A stretch of 64,000 nt of DNA, from assembly GCF_009914755.1 (NCBI RefSeq), contig NC_060925.1. One strand, 5' to 3'. How positions within the stretch are numbered: the first letter of the stretch is position 1; every line of letters starts with the position of its first letter. Below, piece by piece: positions 40,391-54,629 of the stretch. The position numbers were made by a program, and so were the translations under genes. Source of the DNA: the human T2T-CHM13v2.0 reference genome, Homo sapiens. The notes under the pieces are model-generated. The model worked only from the letters and a program-made list of their open reading frames with translations, ran no database searches and was not told the DNA's origin.

Positions 40391-42334
40391 GTAGGTTTAT
40401 CTTGCAATTTGATTGACTTAGCAAAGTCAATTCATTGGTCAAGACAAAATTAGTTTCTGTATCAAGAGAAAATTAGTTTCTGTGGTATTGTATTTTCCTG
40501 ATTCATAATGTTTTCAATCTTGTCTAAAAGCAAGATACAAGAAAAATATGTATCAAGCTAATCTTATGGCATTAAAGTTTTAAAATGTAATTATAATTAA
40601 AGATTAGCAGACAACCTCCTATCCCCAAATATAACAATCTGCCTCCATCTGTGTCTCCTTTAACCCTATTCTATTAACTCAGTTGGTTCTTAATGCCTAA
40701 AGTGTTATCTAAATGCTCAGTGAATATTTAAATTCAAAATGTTTGTTCAACTTAAATACTCATGGATTGATGCAAAACAGCTTTTTAGAGTGCTGATTGG
40801 AAGTTGTTTTTACTAGCCACCGTTCTAGCCCAAGAGCTGAATTCTTAAGACAACCATGCCAGGGCAGTTCTCCATCCAACATTGTGCCAGACTCACAGAA
40901 TCCCACTTGACCACCCACCCACGTGGGCATTGTTCTGATTCAGAAGTCATTTTTAGAGACTCTCTTAAAAAAATTACTTGTCAAAATGTAATTATATAAA
41001 TCTTTGCAAATAGCTAATAAAAACCATTAACAATGACAGCTAACTCATAGGGCATTTCTAAAAAAATAGAATGTTACTTTTAAATTAGTCCTTCTTGCTG
41101 GTATATTGAAATGTTTAGAATTTTAAGTAAATCATCTTTAAGACCCCTTAACAATTCCATACAGATGGAGGGCCGTGTGGGTGAATACCTTGCATACATG
41201 GAGATGAGATCCAGATGACAAGAATGTAGAAAGGGTTGTTTGAAACATGTTAGAGGAGAACATTGGAAACATCAAACACTGTGATTGTAAGCAATGGAAA
41301 TAACTGTCCTAAACTGTAAAACAATGCAAGAACATGAAGATGTCAAAGCCCATGGTATGTTCATTTAGTCATTCTCCGGACTAAAAATATTTGTATTTTC
41401 TATCAACAAGAGTTTACCTTGATATATAAATATATTCATGCAAATGTGCATATTAATAAGCACACATGTATGTATATAATATACATATATTGTGTATATA
41501 TATGTATATGTGGGTGTGTATTTCCATGTATTGAGGTTTTTCAGAGAACGAATGTCACTAGTAAACGGTAGAAAATGTATGTTATTAAACCTTTATTTAC
41601 TAATTTTCTTAACAACAACACTAAAGCTAGAAAATAAAAAGGATCATTCATTTTTAAACAGATGGCAAAAACACTCCCTGGGGAAGTCCAACCAGACTGA
41701 TGTTTTGTCTGCATCAATTTCCCTGTAGACCGTCTGCCATGCTTTGACAAGCTCGGCATGCCTCCCTTACATGTTGAACATCAATATCTATAGACAACTC
41801 TATATATGTTCTCATGAGGGTAAAGGCTATGTCAAATAACTACCAATATGTATATGTAATTATTTTCTATGTGGCATATACTAGCTGTCATATTTTCACT
41901 TAATAATAAATGCTTTCAGAAATAGGGACCATTTTGTATTTTTTCTATGTTCTCCATGACACATGTCTTGAGACTATTGTCCCTTCCTATACAATTGAAA
42001 TTATATATGTTTCTGCCACAGTCATTTTCATACAACTGGCCTTTGGATTTCAGGAGACATGTTTTCTCTTCAAATTCTACATTTTATTATCTTAGCTTTC
42101 ATACTGTGTTTGTTTTGGAAAGGGTATTTTTTACTACCTGTGTTCACCTGAAGTCTGTGAGTTTTTAAGGGAGATATTTATCACATAGATTTGAGACCCC
42201 CAAACAACTTAGCTCTTCTATAACTCAACAGTAATGCCCGAGCTCAGATAGACTCAGTGCAGTTCATTTAAAAATATAAATACATACATACACACAAACA
42301 TATATGCATACTTTTTAAAAAAATAGTGTAATAT

Positions 42335-43810
42335 GAAGTTGGGCCCTTACCCTATACTGTATACAAAAATTAGCTCGGAATGGATCAATGAGGGCTAAAC
42401 TATAAAATTCTTAGAAAAAAACATAAGAAGAAAGTTTCATGATAATGGATTTGGCAATGATTTCTTGGGTATGACAGCAAAAGCATAAGCAGCAAAAGTA
42501 AAAATAGATGGATTAGACTACATCAAAATTACAAACTTCTGTATGTCAAAGGATACTATCAACAAGTGAAATGCACCTATGAAATGGGAGAAAATATTTG
42601 CCAATCATTTATCTGATAAGAGATTACAATCTGGAATACATAAAGATCTCCTACAACTCAACTGCAAGAAAACAAATAACCCAGTTAAACAATTGGCAAA
42701 GGATTTGAATAGACATTTATCCAAAGAAGATATATAAATGACCAGCAAGCATATGAAAAGATATTCAACATGCCTACTCATTAGGGAAATGTAAATCAAA
42801 ACCTCAATATATCACTGCCCGTCTGATAGGATGGCTACTATTTAAAAAAAAAAAAAAGGAAAATAACAAGTGTTTGTGATGATGTGGAGAAATTGAAACC
42901 CTTGTGAACTGTTGTGATGATGTAAAATAATGCTGCCACCATGGAAAACAATATTCCAGTTCCTCAAACAATTAAAAATAGAATTACCTTATGATCCAGT
43001 GATTCTTCTTCTTGGTATTCAAAAACGTTAAAAGCAGGGTACACCTATATTCACAGCAGCATTATTCACAATAGCCAGAAGGTGAAGCAACCCAAATGTC
43101 CATCAATAGATGAATGGATAAACACAATGTGGCACATATACAGTGTAATATTATTCAGCCTTTAAAATGAAATAACTTCTGACATGCTACGACATGGATG
43201 AACCTTGAAGACATTATGCTAAGTGAAACAAGACAGTCACAAAAGGACAACCACTTATTTGAGGTATCTAGAATAGTTCAACTCATAAAAGAGAAAATAG
43301 GATCGTAGTTGCCTGGGGATAAAGGAGGGAGTGATAGGGAATTGTAAAACAGGTATAGTTTCAGTTTTGCAGTATGAAAAGCTCTGGAGATTGTTTGCAC
43401 AATAGTATTAATATACTTAACATACTAAACTATACACTTAAAAATGGTTAAGATGGTAAATTTTGGCCAAGCATGCTGGCTCACGCCTGTAATCCCAGAA
43501 CTTTAGGAGGCTAAGGCAAGTGAGTCGTTTGAACCCAGGAGTTCAAGATCAACTTGGGCAACATAGGGAGAACTTGTCTTTACAAAAAAATTTAAAAAAT
43601 AACTGGGCATGGTGGTGCAAGCCTGTAGTCCCAGCTAGTTTGGGAGGCTGGGGCAGGAGGATGGCTTGAGACCACGAGGTCGAGGCTGCAGTGAGCTTGT
43701 GATCTGCACCACTGCACCCCAGTCTCAGTGACAGAGAGAGACCCTGTCTCAAAAAAAAAAAAGATGATAAATTTTATGTTATGTGCATTTTAGCACTTTA
43801 AATAAAAAAG
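42335..43810 (+). mobile_element. L1MB-like 3' fragment interrupted by an Alu
   Basis: ORF2 end and 3' UTR motifs (aatagacatttatccaaagaagatata, catggatgaaccttgaagacattatgctaagtgaaa, tatacacttaaaaatggttaagatggtaaatttt). Confidence 0.88.
43465..43760 (+). mobile_element. AluJ
   Basis: J-type gaggtcgaggctgcagtgagc. TSD aagatg(g/a)taaatttt at 43450-43464 and 43761-43775. Confidence 0.92.
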
Positions 43811-46239
43811 GCCTAACAAAATGCAGTCAGATATCAATAATAATAAAGAAATGCTTTCCAAGGTAGTATAATCTCTGCCTCTAAGTATGACCATACATAG
43901 GGAAAAGAAGCTGTGATAGGGATTCTGAAAAAAGAGATGTAATGTGTATGGGTGATGGGGCAGAGGAGGAGAAGTAAAGAAAACATCAGAAAGACTGTAG
44001 CATCTTAGGTCATTTACATTAGGGTTTGAACCTTACTAAGTATTGCTATTTTGGGCCAAGTTCATTAAACATCCTGGTCCCTGACTTCTCCATGTTAAGT
44101 GATGATGGTATAAACCTTATAAGATCATTTGAGAATGAATTTATGTATGTGTGTTTGTTAGGTATCCAATACACAGCCTGGAACAAAGAATATACTAATA
44201 AATCATTATTACCATAATTATTGCTTATTTTCAAATAAAAATATTTTTGCTTCAAATCAAAATCATTTTCAGCTTTGCAAAACAAAGTAGTAATATACTA
44301 AAAATTATACTTAATGAATGTAACTCTTATTCATAAGCTATTGAATCAAATTATTATAGAGCCTAAAACCAAATAAACCTCTCTATTAGATAACTTCCTT
44401 AAGTAATAGTTTATTTCCCAAACCAAATAAACAATACTCACAGAATACTAAGTATAAAGGATTCCCATACTTATTTATGCACAAAAGATAATGTAATGTT
44501 AGTTAGAAATGTTAAAATTTATATTTAGAGAAAATATTGAAAGTTATATAAAATAATAATGAAAATCTGCAGGTCAAACTAGAAGAAAACTATTGCTTCT
44601 ATATTAATAATTGCCCATCACTCCAAAAACTTATTTTTCTATCTAGTGCTGTAAAACACCTCGAGACATTCATGCCATTCCTATAGAATTTTAAGTTTTG
44701 AAATATCTTTTATATAGGTCATTTATATAACATAACGTGATTGCTGACCTGGTATTTTTATCACTTAGGAACATTTATTCATGTTCACTCAATCGAGTGC
44801 ACATTGAGCAGTCCCTAAGACAAGTTATAATCGCAAACAATGGATAATGTATATGCAGCCTCTAATTTGGAGGCAAACTGAGAATTTCATCTTTTAAAAA
44901 TTTTTTAAGTTTATTCATTTCTTTATCCCTGTATTTGATGAAATAAGAATATGACAATCTGAGCCACTTAAAATTATTACTAAAGTATTAATTTTTCACA
45001 CTGGCTTACTATGTATATCTTGCATAACATAATACAAGATCTGTCATTTGTTTACATTATAATTCACTTTGACCAAGATATCCTGAAGAAAATTGTAGAT
45101 TGATTTAATTAAAATATTATTGGGGCTTGACTGCAGAACACATGCTTTGAGATGGCTGACAAGACACTTTGCAGAAGCTTGAGATAACCATACTATTAAA
45201 TCACATACTAACCAATGTATTTGTTCATGGCTGCATAGGTGAGCAAAAATGTAAACATCTGAAACATAAAGGTGACATTCTTAAAACGGAAAACTTTTTG
45301 CACTGAGAACATAACTTTCTAAAGTTAATAACAAGGGATCCTTGATTACTACCAGACCCCTCTGAAAGGGAAAGTGAGGCTGTCAAGCTAAGCATTTTTT
45401 ACAGGACATAATTTAATTACCTATGGATCAATGTGGAAGAATAGGCTGGGATCTGACTTGACATCAATGCACTTTTAATATTTCAGATAATGTATTTTAC
45501 ATTCAGTTTTGGAATATGTGCCATGACCAAACATGTTTTTGCAGAGTAGAACAGAAATCAAGACTGCCATTTCTACTACATGCGTACGCACATATAGGGT
45601 GTATTCAAAAACAGAATTGCCTACTTCCTACATGGTTTTCTAAGGCATTCATTATCTATGTGAGCCCCTAAATTCAAGTATAGTCTTGGCATGAGGAAGA
45701 TTTTTCGATGCCAATATGGAGATTAAGTACACTATACTTGCTTTATACATGAATTTCCAGCATTTAATAAAGTTCCTGTCTACCTTCAGTGCATTTTTGT
45801 AAGGAGCCCAGAGAGTAAGTTGACCTTGTGAAGTTCCATTATCCAGGAGAGGACCAAAGACATGGTTCTGAGGTCGGGCATTTGTTTGGTGTTTCAACAA
45901 TATTGTTTTCATTATAGTGAGCTTAAATAAGCATTAGCAGCCTTTCTATCAAAGAAATTAGTCCTTATGTGAAGGACCTATAAATAAAATTGTTATACAG
46001 TGGAATAATAGGAGCATGTAATGAAACTTGATTTCTAGCCAAACAAACATATGGACATTAAAAATAAAAAAAGGAAAATGTTCACTACATGGGTCCCATG
46101 TGGGATGATTGAAGCCATCCACTAACATCTGGATTCTATACATTTAGGAGCACTAGATTCTTTCAGGCAGGAGACTGCTCTTACTATCTAGGAGTGTTGG
46201 ATGTGAGAAGATGTGGTTTCTTGCGGAAGAGGAGAGGCT

Positions 46240-46401
46240 AAGTTTTCAACAGTTATCACACTTTGGTTTAACACATTTTAATGGATAGTGTAATATTAAG
46301 TGTCATGACATAAGCAGTGTTAGTAATTACAGCCTTAGCTATTATCTCAAAGCAAGTAATGATACCTCCATTTTGTATAAAGAGTGACTTTACAAATATC
46401 T
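46240..46401 (+). repeat. Diverged direct repeat, copy 1 (unassigned)
   Basis: Aligns without gaps to 47386 onward. Hand count 86/115 identical. Confidence 0.85.
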
Positions 46402-46732
46402 GCATGGTTTTAGTTGTCTGTATCAGACCTCTTGTTAATTTCATATATTCGTTTTTACTTTCAGGCATTAAGTCATTCAAAACCTTTATGGAATCCCTAA
46501 CTGTCAATAAGACATTCTCTTAAGAAATAAAACTATATCACTTTATCTACCAAAACAGTCCATTCATTCCTAAAATCCTAGAAACAATATTTTCATATAC
46601 CTCTGAGTTTTCCTAGTCTTCTGTGACAGTGTAAAGTATCAAAATAGTGAACTATAGTTGGATAGTCTACTTGAACTTTTTATGAATTTTAAAAACAGTG
46701 AAATACCAGTTGCCTGTAAGAGAAATCACCTT

Positions 46733-46940
46733 AAAAAAATTTTAACTTCTGGGGTACATGTGCAGGATGTGCAGGTTTGTTACATAGGTAAACGTGTGCC
46801 ATGGTGGTTTGCTGTACCTATCAACCCAACACCTCGGTATTAAGCCCAACATGGATTAACTATTTTTCTTGATGCTCTCCCTCCCCCACACCCCTTGACA
46901 GGCCCCAGTGTGTGTTGTTCCCCTCCCTGTGTCCATGTGT
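46733..46940 (-). mobile_element. Very short 5'-truncated L1PA (3' UTR only)
   Basis: ggggtacatgtgcaggatgtgcaggtttgttacataggtaaacgtgtgcc. TSD aagagaaa(t/g)cac at 46718 and 46941. Confidence 0.9.
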
Positions 46941-47385
46941 AAGAGAAAGCACTTCAGTTGTTGTTTGTTATTGTTGTAGCACCTAAAATTGTATTGGTCC
47001 ATAAAAATGCTAAATAAAAAATAATTCTGTTAACTAAAATTTCCCACTGAGTATTTTGACAAGAAGAAATTAATGGTTAAGACAACATAAAAAGTCAGCT
47101 CAGCACAAATGAATATGCACACTCATTGGAAATTTCCTACTACACATTTGAGGCTGAGAATATTTTAGTGAGCTATTGTGCTAAATAAGTCGTCAGCAGA
47201 ATAAAATACATGGATTACTATATGTTTCAAATTTCACTGTTTAAATATTTTATACTTTATTTTCAGTGCAACGGAAATGTATCCCTTTCTTTTTCAAGTA
47301 ACATCGATGTGGATTATATATTAACCAAGCCATGACTCTTAACAAAGACTCAGACTCTGTGTGTGGGAGAAAAAAGCCTGGGGAA

Positions 47386-47541
47386 AAGTTTTCAACAGTT
47401 ACCAAAGATTTTGTCAACACATTTTATTGGATAATGTGATACAAAGTTTCATCAGATAGGTGGTATTAGTAATTACAACATATGACACCATCTCAGAGCA
47501 GTAATGGTGACTCCGTTTTGTATAGAGTTATATTTGTTATC
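47386..47541 (+). repeat. Diverged direct repeat, copy 2 (unassigned)
   Basis: Shares the blocks aagttttcaacagtta, aacacatttta, ttagtaattaca and ttttgtata with copy 1. Confidence 0.85.
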
Positions 47542-47649
47542 TTGTTGCTCGGTCTACTTTGATAAAGAACTTTCTACTTTTCTTCTTTTCTCCTTTTGTC
47601 TAGTTTTTGTCTGTTTGTTGTTGTTGTTTTGTTTTGTTTTTTTCAAATT

Positions 47650-47950
47650 TCAACTTAGACTTCTCTTCCTCCAGGAAGCTTTCTGGGAACACCAAGACTG
47701 AGATAGGCTCCCCTGGGTTTTATCATAGCACCTTATGCTTCCTGTTTTATGGCACCTACATTATAATTCTTTATTAATATTCTCTTCACCTGTCCCACAG
47801 TCACCTCAGCAATTTATGCTCCATTAGGGCAGGACTGTCTCACTGGTAACTTTATCCCCAGCATCTAGCACAATCCCTGGCCTAGACAAGTTGCCTAATA
47901 CATGCTTATTGAATGACTGAAGCCATGAATGAAGGAAAAATAAATGAATG
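47650..47950 (+). mobile_element. L2 3' end
   Basis: cttcctccaggaagctttct...tatccccagcatctagcaca...atgcttattgaatgactgaa. Confidence 0.7.
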
Positions 47951-48098
47951 GGACATCTATGCACCTGGCTTTTAGACTTTGCAATTATTGCATGGCTTTT
48001 AGCAAATCACTGAATATGTCTCAGCCTTAGTTTCCTCAAGTTCCAACTGAGCAGTGCAAGCAAGATGATTTCTGAAAGCTTGGTGGATCTAAACTTTT

Positions 48099-48427
<329 letters not shown>

Positions 48428-50891
48428 TAAACTTTTAATGTTTCTGTGATGACCCCTTTGGAATAATCCTTTCTTCAGAGTACTATTTTATTTGCCTGAG
48501 ATATGTTTTCTAGAACTTCATACACCATGTTGAGGAAAACTTGCTTCTATAAGCAAATTGATAGCTAATAATCCAGATATAAAGCCTTTGTTTAGCTTCT
48601 GGGGCCAGGTCTGGAACCACTGCAGACTTTGTACATACTCTCTGCTCTACAATGTTGAGATCATCAGAGAAAATCAAATAGAAAATAATAAAATAAAATA
48701 GGCCCTTACTTTACCCATACCAGCACAGATAAACAACAATATAAACCTCAACTTATTTAAAATTGTCATTAACCATTTTAAAAATAAAACAAGATAATTG
48801 GACTGTGAAGATGAACATATGATCTCATTACTATTGTTTAGGTAAATATGTTTTGGGCATTTTCTATATGAATTCACCTAAAACGTAATCAGAGAAGATA
48901 CTATTTTTAAAATATGGCAAATATATCTTGAGTATAGAATGACTGACCTTGAGAAGGTGTTCAAAGATGTGTGGATTATGTGCTGATGAGGGTTTGTCCC
49001 AGGAAATTTGTGCATCAGGATAATTACTTTAATTATTTTCTATTTCTCTGTCATAACCCCCCTCCTATCCCTCTCCTTTCTGATAGCCAGGGAGACTATC
49101 AGATGATAATAGCTAACATTCATTCAGGATTTACTTTGTGTCAGGCACTGTGCCAGGAAATATATTATTATTTCCAGTTTACAAATTGGGAAATTATAAA
49201 ATAAATGAGAGAGCTGGGATTTGAACATACGCTATCTGAACAAAGCCCAGATGTGCAGTTACTACTGTGCTGCCTTGGCAACCTGCTAGCCCTTAGTGCA
49301 TTTCCAGAATCCAGCACAGGTCCTGGTACACAGTAGGTACTAAGTTTATGTTTGCTGAATTAATAAGTTAGTAAATGGATGAGTAGGTAGCATTCCAGAA
49401 GTAGAAGGGAAGACCAGAAATATGAAGATACTTCAGAGAGGTGGTCAAGATGACAATGAAATTTTCTTTATGGAAGAAGCACTATCGGGATATAGAGAAA
49501 AATTTTTGTTCATAGAAGTATGTTTGTGATTTGCAATGTGTGTGTGTGTTCTCTTGTGTCAGCACATATAATAGTTTAAACATAATTAGATCTAAAGCTC
49601 AAAGTGAGATTTAGGTATTATATTCCAATTTATAGTCAACTAAATGTGACAATATAAACTCCTGACAAGTAAGGATTATAATGGCAATCTTGGCAGATCT
49701 TCAAGTATGCTGCTAGAATACATCACAATATTTTAACTCTCTCCATATTTAGGCCTGGAATAAAGTTAAATTACAGCATTTTCCTTACAGACATTTAATC
49801 CAATAATTATTACTGAATCTGTTCAGTTGCTCATTTTTATGTGATCACTAGACTTTTCCCTGCTCATCAGATGGTAATCAACGGATTTGCCGAAGATTCA
49901 GTGAGATGCAATGTTTTTACCTAGGGTGAAGAAAAGGTCACAGTATTTCTACTATCATTAAACCTTGTCAAACAATGAATCCAATGGAAAACACAATATG
50001 ATGCAGTCTGAAATGTTGAGGTCCTGGTTCTAAGACACATGGAAAAATATAAAGTTGATTTCATAGCATATTACACTACAGTTGTATGTCTGTGTGGTTT
50101 TCATAGCCCAGCTGGGAAAGAGTGGCTGCTGGAAGACTTTGAAATCACGTGTGCCCTTGTACATTGTCCTGGACCTAAGAATGGCAATGGAAGTAAATTA
50201 GTGAAGTATGTCATGGAAATGGCCTAGAGAAATATAACTTATAAATATCTGCATATTGAAAATACATACTTTTAAACAAGCATGGAAAAATCTTTAGAAT
50301 TCTCAGTGGTATAGCTTTAAAATGAAACTGACATGACAAAGTGACAGACCTAGGGTTTTATATAATTTTGGAAGATTTTCTACAAAATGCATTGAAATAA
50401 AATTCCATTGCATAATGACAAAACTATGGTCCACACGCTTAAACTGGAACATGTACAGATCCTTAAGTTTATTTGTATATAGGCTAATTTCCCTTCCCAT
50501 TTATGGTTATTTGAAAATATTGTTAAAATTTAAGCAGAACTATAATATCAAGAAGAAAATAAGGAAATAACTTTTTGCTCCCTATGATTTTAAATTATAA
50601 AAGCCAAATTCCCCAAAATGAATACTTTAGCACTAAATTCTCATGTTTCATTCTTTTTCAATAAAATTGTTTTCAAGTAGTTCAAGTAATATTTATTATG
50701 TACGGACAGTACACTATAGTTGAGTTCCAAGAACTAAGAAAATTGGGTGGTCTTTTGTGTAAGAGACTGCCTAAATTTTCCAATTCCATTCTCTCTTCCT
50801 GTGCACACGGAAGACTACATTGGACTCTTTCCCAATGGAATGTGGGTACAAATGATGTCCACCACTTCTAGGCCTGATCCTTAAAATGTCA

Positions 50892-51021
50892 CCTGGGTGC
50901 AGTGGCCTACATCTATAGTCCAGCTATTCAGGGACGCTTAGGCAGGAAGAACACTTGAGCCCAGGGGTTCAAGGCTGCAGTGAACTATGATCATGCCACT
51001 GCACTCCAGCCTATCTCAAAA
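50892..51021 (+). mobile_element. Alu monomer (FLAM/FRAM-like) inside the MLT1 LTR
   Basis: cttgagcccaggggttcaaggctgcagtgaactatgatcatgccactgcactccagcc. Confidence 0.8.
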
Positions 51022-51076
51022 TATCTATATATATCTATATCTATCTATATTATATATATAAATAAATATATATAAT

Positions 51077-51127
<51 letters not shown>
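51022..51127. repeat. Compound microsatellite: TA-rich stretch, (TC)11, (TA)14
   Basis: (TC) run 51077-51098 and (TA) run 51099-51126. Confidence 0.95.
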
Positions 51128-51129
<2 letters not shown>

Positions 51130-53602
51130 ATTTTTCATGATATTTCCACTGTTGACATGGCCAGAAGGAAAGATATCCATGATGGTGATGCCACTAAATA
51201 GAAGCATCTTGGATCTTACTATTTGGAGTAGAACCACACAAGGAGAAGCCATCCAACCTACATAAGACTATGACGTGAGCAAGAAATACAATTTTATTAT
51301 ATTATCTATTGACACTGCGAGAAGTTTGTTTATAATAGCTAGTTTTAATTTTCCTAACATATACAAGAAAACTTACATTAGGTGGAGTTAATGGTAAAAT
51401 AAAAGCCTGAATAATACAGCATTGACCTAGAATTTGGGCATGAGCTTTCCAGAAACAAAGCAAGCTGGATAGCTAGAAATCCTTACCTTCTTGGGTTGTA
51501 AATTCTAATTATATCTAGACATCAAAGAATGAGAGTTAAGACTTCTGAGCCACATTGACCCAGTACAATTTCTCAGTTTAATAAAGTAACTGAGAGCTGT
51601 CAATGGAAGAGACCACTACTCACTTTCTAAAATAAACTTCCTAAAATAAAAATCTGAAATTATTACTTACAAAGAAAGGGAGATCTGTGCTTGTGAGATA
51701 GAAAATCCATATAGAGAGTTTGGGAAACCATGGAGTTAAGGACTTGGCAGATTTTCAGAAACAGAGTTTGGAGATTGATTTTTAGCTAGGAAGTGAGGAA
51801 GACTGTTGTCAACTGGCTGTCTTTCAGAGGGATGTTAACTGGAGTGAAGGTGGTGTTGACCAGCTGGCTTTTAAAGTGTGATTACAGATGCAAAGTTGTC
51901 ATTGATTAAATAGGATGGATTTAAAACTAATTTGAGTTGTTACTGGCTTTCTGTGGCCAGTAAACAGAAAACAGTCTATTTTTTCTTAGGAGATCAATCT
52001 ATGATAAAATTTAAAATATGTTTTCTTTAACCTTTGGTTAAAGGTAGTTTTAAAATAGGCGCTATTAAGTTGAGAGGGTAAGGCATCAAAGTGAGAAAGC
52101 AAAATATATCAGGCTAAGAACTATGTCCTGAGAGGGATTTGGAGTGGGGTTATTGACCAGTACTATTGACTATTCAACTGACTGGAAGCAAATAGATCAG
52201 AAGCCTACTAAGGTTTTGAAGTAATTTATATTGCCAGAGAAACCATGAAGATGGACTTAAACCAACCACTGGTCTCCAACCTTCTGTTATTGCAAAGTTG
52301 GCATACTACCCCATGTCCACCTCCAAACAGTCCAAGGAGACCAGGAAGAACCTAGCAGAGAACAGGCCAGGGGTCATGGAGAATGATGAACAAAGTAGTC
52401 CCTTCCAGAGACAGAAGCAGGGCCTATTCAGAGCACTTCTACATGCCTGCAGTAGAGACCTTTACAATGCCTGCCTTGCTGGATTCCATCACTGCTATGG
52501 AATAGTAACTGCTTTGTGCCTCTCACTCCTTATTTTTCTAAATGGAAACTTTAATTATGGCTTATTATGTCCCTGTTCCATCATTGTGTATTGGTTGGGA
52601 GTATGTAGTAGCCACAAAATTGACTCACAATGAATCTTGCTATAAGAATTACTAAAGAAAATAGTTGAAAAAATTATATATATAATTAATATATATAAAT
52701 ATAGTTGTAAAAAATTAATATAGTTTTAGAACTAAAATCTCAGATGATATTTATAAGATATTTGGAGATGGGCAAATAACAGTGGAAATTAAGAATTTGG
52801 CATAACAATTTTTGGTTGCATTTACAGTGTTTCTGAGTCAGGCCTGCAGACTGGAGTTTAAACTGTAAAAGCATTTCAGTCCTATGTGGGCTAAGGAGCA
52901 CCAGTGTGTGTCAAACCAGGCATCCGCAGGTTGTGCTAGATCAGCTGTTCCACATTTTAGCTTTTCTTATAACTGCAATCCGAAACAGGGGAAAGAATGG
53001 CTGGAAGGGAGTGCCAGCCTCTTGGATTCATGTAGTTTGGCCACAGGTTTTTACTCCCCAAACATGTGTCTCTAGGTCACTCTACATTTATGAATTTCCT
53101 AAGTTCTGATCATGGCTGTGGATTTCAGAGAGATTTACAACACGGTGGCTTTACCAACAGAATGGTGATCAATTTTGTTTATACATAATTTTTAATGGAA
53201 ATATATTTTGGAATTGAAGAAATAGAAACCAAAAACAATTGAATTTTCACAAGTCCAAAGACAAAGAGGACAATTAAGAAGGCCTGTGTCTAGAAGAACA
53301 CTGTCTCCAGAAATCAATTTTAATCAAAAAATGAAGGAAGGATTAGAAGCTTTGAGTCCTATGCTTTGGCCTTACTATTATAAAGGAGCAAAGAGGCAGT
53401 AAGAATAAAAACAAAATAAAGGAAGAGCAGGTTTATTAAGCTGGAGGAAGAAATATTTCCTTAGGAAAATTGTTGAGGTTGTAGGCAGGTTAGGCAAGCA
53501 TGATGGAGAAAAGGAGATCTGAGAGGATATGCTAGAGTTTTGGAAAGGGAAAAGGAGGTGTGCCCAGCTACACATAGCTGTTTTAAAAAAAAATTTAAAA
53601 AA

Positions 53603-53900
53603 GGTCCCGGCGCAGTGGCTCATGCCTGTAATCCCTGCACTTTGGGAGGCCGAGGTGGGTGGATCACCTGAGGTCAGGAGTTCAAGACCAGCCTGGCCAA
53701 CATGAAAACCCAGTCTCTACTAAAAATACAAAAAATTAGCTGGACGTGGTGGTGGGTGCCTGTAATCCCAGCTACTTGGGAGGCTGAGACAGGAGAATCG
53801 CTTGAACCTGGGAGGCAGAGGTTACAGAGAGCCTAGATCGCACCACTGCACTCCAGCCTGGGGGACGAGAGCAAAACTCCATCTCAAAAAAAAAAAAAAA
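53603..53900 (+). mobile_element. AluS (Sx/Sq-like)
   Basis: Full dimer with ggatcacctgaggtcaggagttc and a poly-A tail. Confidence 0.93.
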
Positions 53901-54629
53901 GGATTTGGGAGGTAGGGAGGTAGGGGAGGGCTTTTTTAAGTTACTAACAAATCCAACAAAATGACCAAAACTCACAGAAATGTACAAGAGGAAAGCAGGC
54001 AAGATCTCGGAGAGAAGCCTAAAAAGAATCCCCTCAGAGGGACCATAATCAGAAAACTATCGATTTGAGCCTTTTAAAAGTTTCTGGTAGAGTCCATAAA
54101 TGCAATTGGAAAACCAATGCTCAAAGACTGAGGATTATTAAGTGACCTTCACGATGACATAGTTATAGTAAGTGAGGGATGCAGTTATTGCCTATGCCTT
54201 GAAAAAACATGCCCAATAAGAAATATAAAGAAAGGCACAGGGAAGTGAAAATACTGAAGGAAAGCCAGGTAGGGCAGTGGTTTATAGAGTAGGTCTGGAT
54301 GTTGGTCTGATAGGAGAATGCCTCTTGGGTAGAACTGTGTAACACTCATGATTGAGATAGTGCAAGTTATTTAAGACCTGGAAAATTCCACAGTGGAGGA
54401 GGGATACTGCCTGGTAGAGCACATGGCAGAGGGATTGCCCCTAATAGGAGACAGGTGTCGGAAGCATCATCAGCTTTCTCAGTGAGGACTGTATGGAAGG
54501 GAATTCTCCAGCTGGTGCACACTTGGGGATTAGGAAAAATGTTCCTAAAAGTCAGATTTCATTGTTCCTACAATTCCAAACCAGGCTTCATGGTAGAAAC
54601 CACAATATATGTTATAAAAGACCACTTGT

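Larger units (their letters stand above)
50757..52630 (+). mobile_element. MLT1 (J-like) LTR (~50757-51365) followed by MLT1-int remnants
   Basis: LTR motifs ccaatggaatgtgggtacaaatgatgtccaccacttctaggcctg and gtgagcaagaaata...ataca. Internal motifs actgactggaagcaaatagatcagaagcctactaag and tggattccatcactgctatggaa. Confidence 0.7.

Noticed and set aside
46268-46523. ORFs over duplication copy 1 as a small duplicated coding exon
   Set aside because: Mismatches between the copies show only weak codon-position bias (13/9/7 by hand count), the frames examined contain stops, and no protein family is recognisable.
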